A stretch of DNA of 64,000 bases from a virus. Lineage: Duplodnaviria > Heunggongvirae > Uroviricota > Caudoviricetes. Position numbers and translations under genes: made by a program. Where the stretch lies: IMG/VR virus record IMGVR_UViG_3300024272_001997; one strand, 5' to 3'. Shown here piece by piece: positions 63,173 to 64,000 of this stretch; position 1 is the first letter of the stretch, and each line of letters starts with the position of its first letter. Under the pieces are notes generated by a model. That model was not told the DNA's origin and did no database searches. It worked only from the letters and a program-made list of their open reading frames with translations.

Positions 63173-64000
63173 TTGGCAAGATACGTTAAGTTTATGCGAG
63201 GTACTCCTACACAGTACGCCGCTTTGGTTGAAAAAGATATTGATACCCTGTATTTTATTGCTGAACCTACTGCTAGTGAAGGTTGCTTGTACTTAGGTAA
63301 TAAGTTAATTGCTGGTAATGGCGAAAGCAATAGCGGAGATCTATCTGAATTACTAAGTTTAAACGACTTATCTGATGTCATTGTAAATTCCTTAGACTTA
63401 TCTGATGCTTCCTTTCTAATCTACAATCAATCTCAAGGTGCTTGGGTAAATTGTAGTAAAGAAGCATTAGTATTTGTTGGCTCTTCTTCTTTGTCCGACG
63501 GTAAGGCTGGCCTAGTGCCAGCCCCCGCAAAGGGCGAAGAAAATATGTTCTTGCGTGCGGACGGCACTTGGGCCGTTCCTGAAGGCGCAGGAGCTGCTTC
63601 TAATGCTGTTGTTTATCAAGTAACCGCAGAAGCAGATGAGAGCAAGGAGGCCGCAATCGTTCGCATCGTAAATGGTGCTGAATTGCATAAAAATGATGTA
63701 GCAATCGTAAGAGTCTTAATTGCTAATGATATGTATGAGCATACTGCTTATGTATATGACGGTACAAATTGGGCCGCCATGGATGGCAATTATAACGCTG
63801 AAAATGTTTACTTCAAAAGCGATTTTGTATTTACTGAAAATGTAGGTACAGTAAAAATTCCAGAGTCTGGTAATATTGAAGTTCAGGCCGCAGGTTTGAA
63901 TGTTGCTGAGTTCTTTAATAAGTTGTTCTCTGAGGTAAAAGATCCAACAATTACCGATGTAGAGTTCACTGTCTCCTGGGATGGAACTAAGACTTCTTAT
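63173..64000 (+). CDS. tail fibre / receptor-binding protein, partial (TTG start), runs off window end
   Basis: AGGAAGGAGAGAGATTATA-TTG; MARYVKFMRGTPTQYAALVEKDIDTLYFI N-terminus; open to position 64000. Confidence 0.5.
   Translation, partial: MARYVKFMRGTPTQYAALVEKDIDTLYFIAEPTASEGCLYLGNKLIAGNGESNSGDLSELLSLNDLSDVIVNSLDLSDASFLIYNQSQGAWVNCSKEALVFVGSSSLSDGKAGLVPAPAKGEENMFLRADGTWAVPEGAGAASNAVVYQVTAEADESKEAAIVRIVNGAELHKNDVAIVRVLIANDMYEHTAYVYDGTNWAAMDGNYNAENVYFKSDFVFTENVGTVKIPESGNIEVQAAGLNVAEFFNKLFSEVKDPTITDVEFTVSWDGTKTSY

Overview
The window is a bacteriophage genome segment (siphovirus- or myovirus-like; AT-rich with strong Shine-Dalgarno sites). It has four parts.

(1) Positions 1-3160: a compact leftward operon of small hypothetical proteins. 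A divergent control region follows at 3160-3430, with a 13-bp palindrome and four GTAATAC repeats.

(2) Positions 3430-5480: a short rightward block. It opens with a 45-aa ribbon-helix-helix regulator, contains an HTH gene, and has a dense array of TTGCAA iterons.

(3) Positions 5690-22365: about 40 small leftward early genes. Most are driven individually by one of about 30 near-identical copies of an expression cassette: an A-tract, CCTCTTGACAAA, a 17-bp spacer, an extended -10, and a conserved leader ending GGAAAGGAATTGATACTATG. Recognisable products include an HD phosphohydrolase, a nucleoside 2-deoxyribosyltransferase, a DEDDh exonuclease, a HAD 5'(3')-deoxyribonucleotidase, FolD, an AbrB/MazE-like protein and several zinc-ribbon or Cys-rich proteins. 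There is one duplicated two-gene module. Interleaved with these genes are orphan consensus promoters on the opposite strand. These fire into a family of GC-rich hairpins that show compensatory base changes, and then into bidirectional terminators. I read them as candidate small RNAs.

(4) Positions 22568 to the window end: a rightward late or structural module. It includes terL, portal, scaffold, the major capsid, the tail tube, a 3129-aa tape measure and giant tail and fibre proteins.

The most striking feature is module-specific recoding of the amber codon. Late genes keep their reading frame through dozens of in-frame TAG codons; the tape measure alone has at least 35. Early leftward genes use TAG as a genuine stop. 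The regulator gene that opens the rightward block also carries an in-frame TAG inside its DNA-binding fold. I found no suppressor tRNA in the window by eye. All fine coordinates for motifs are approximate (+/- 2 nt).
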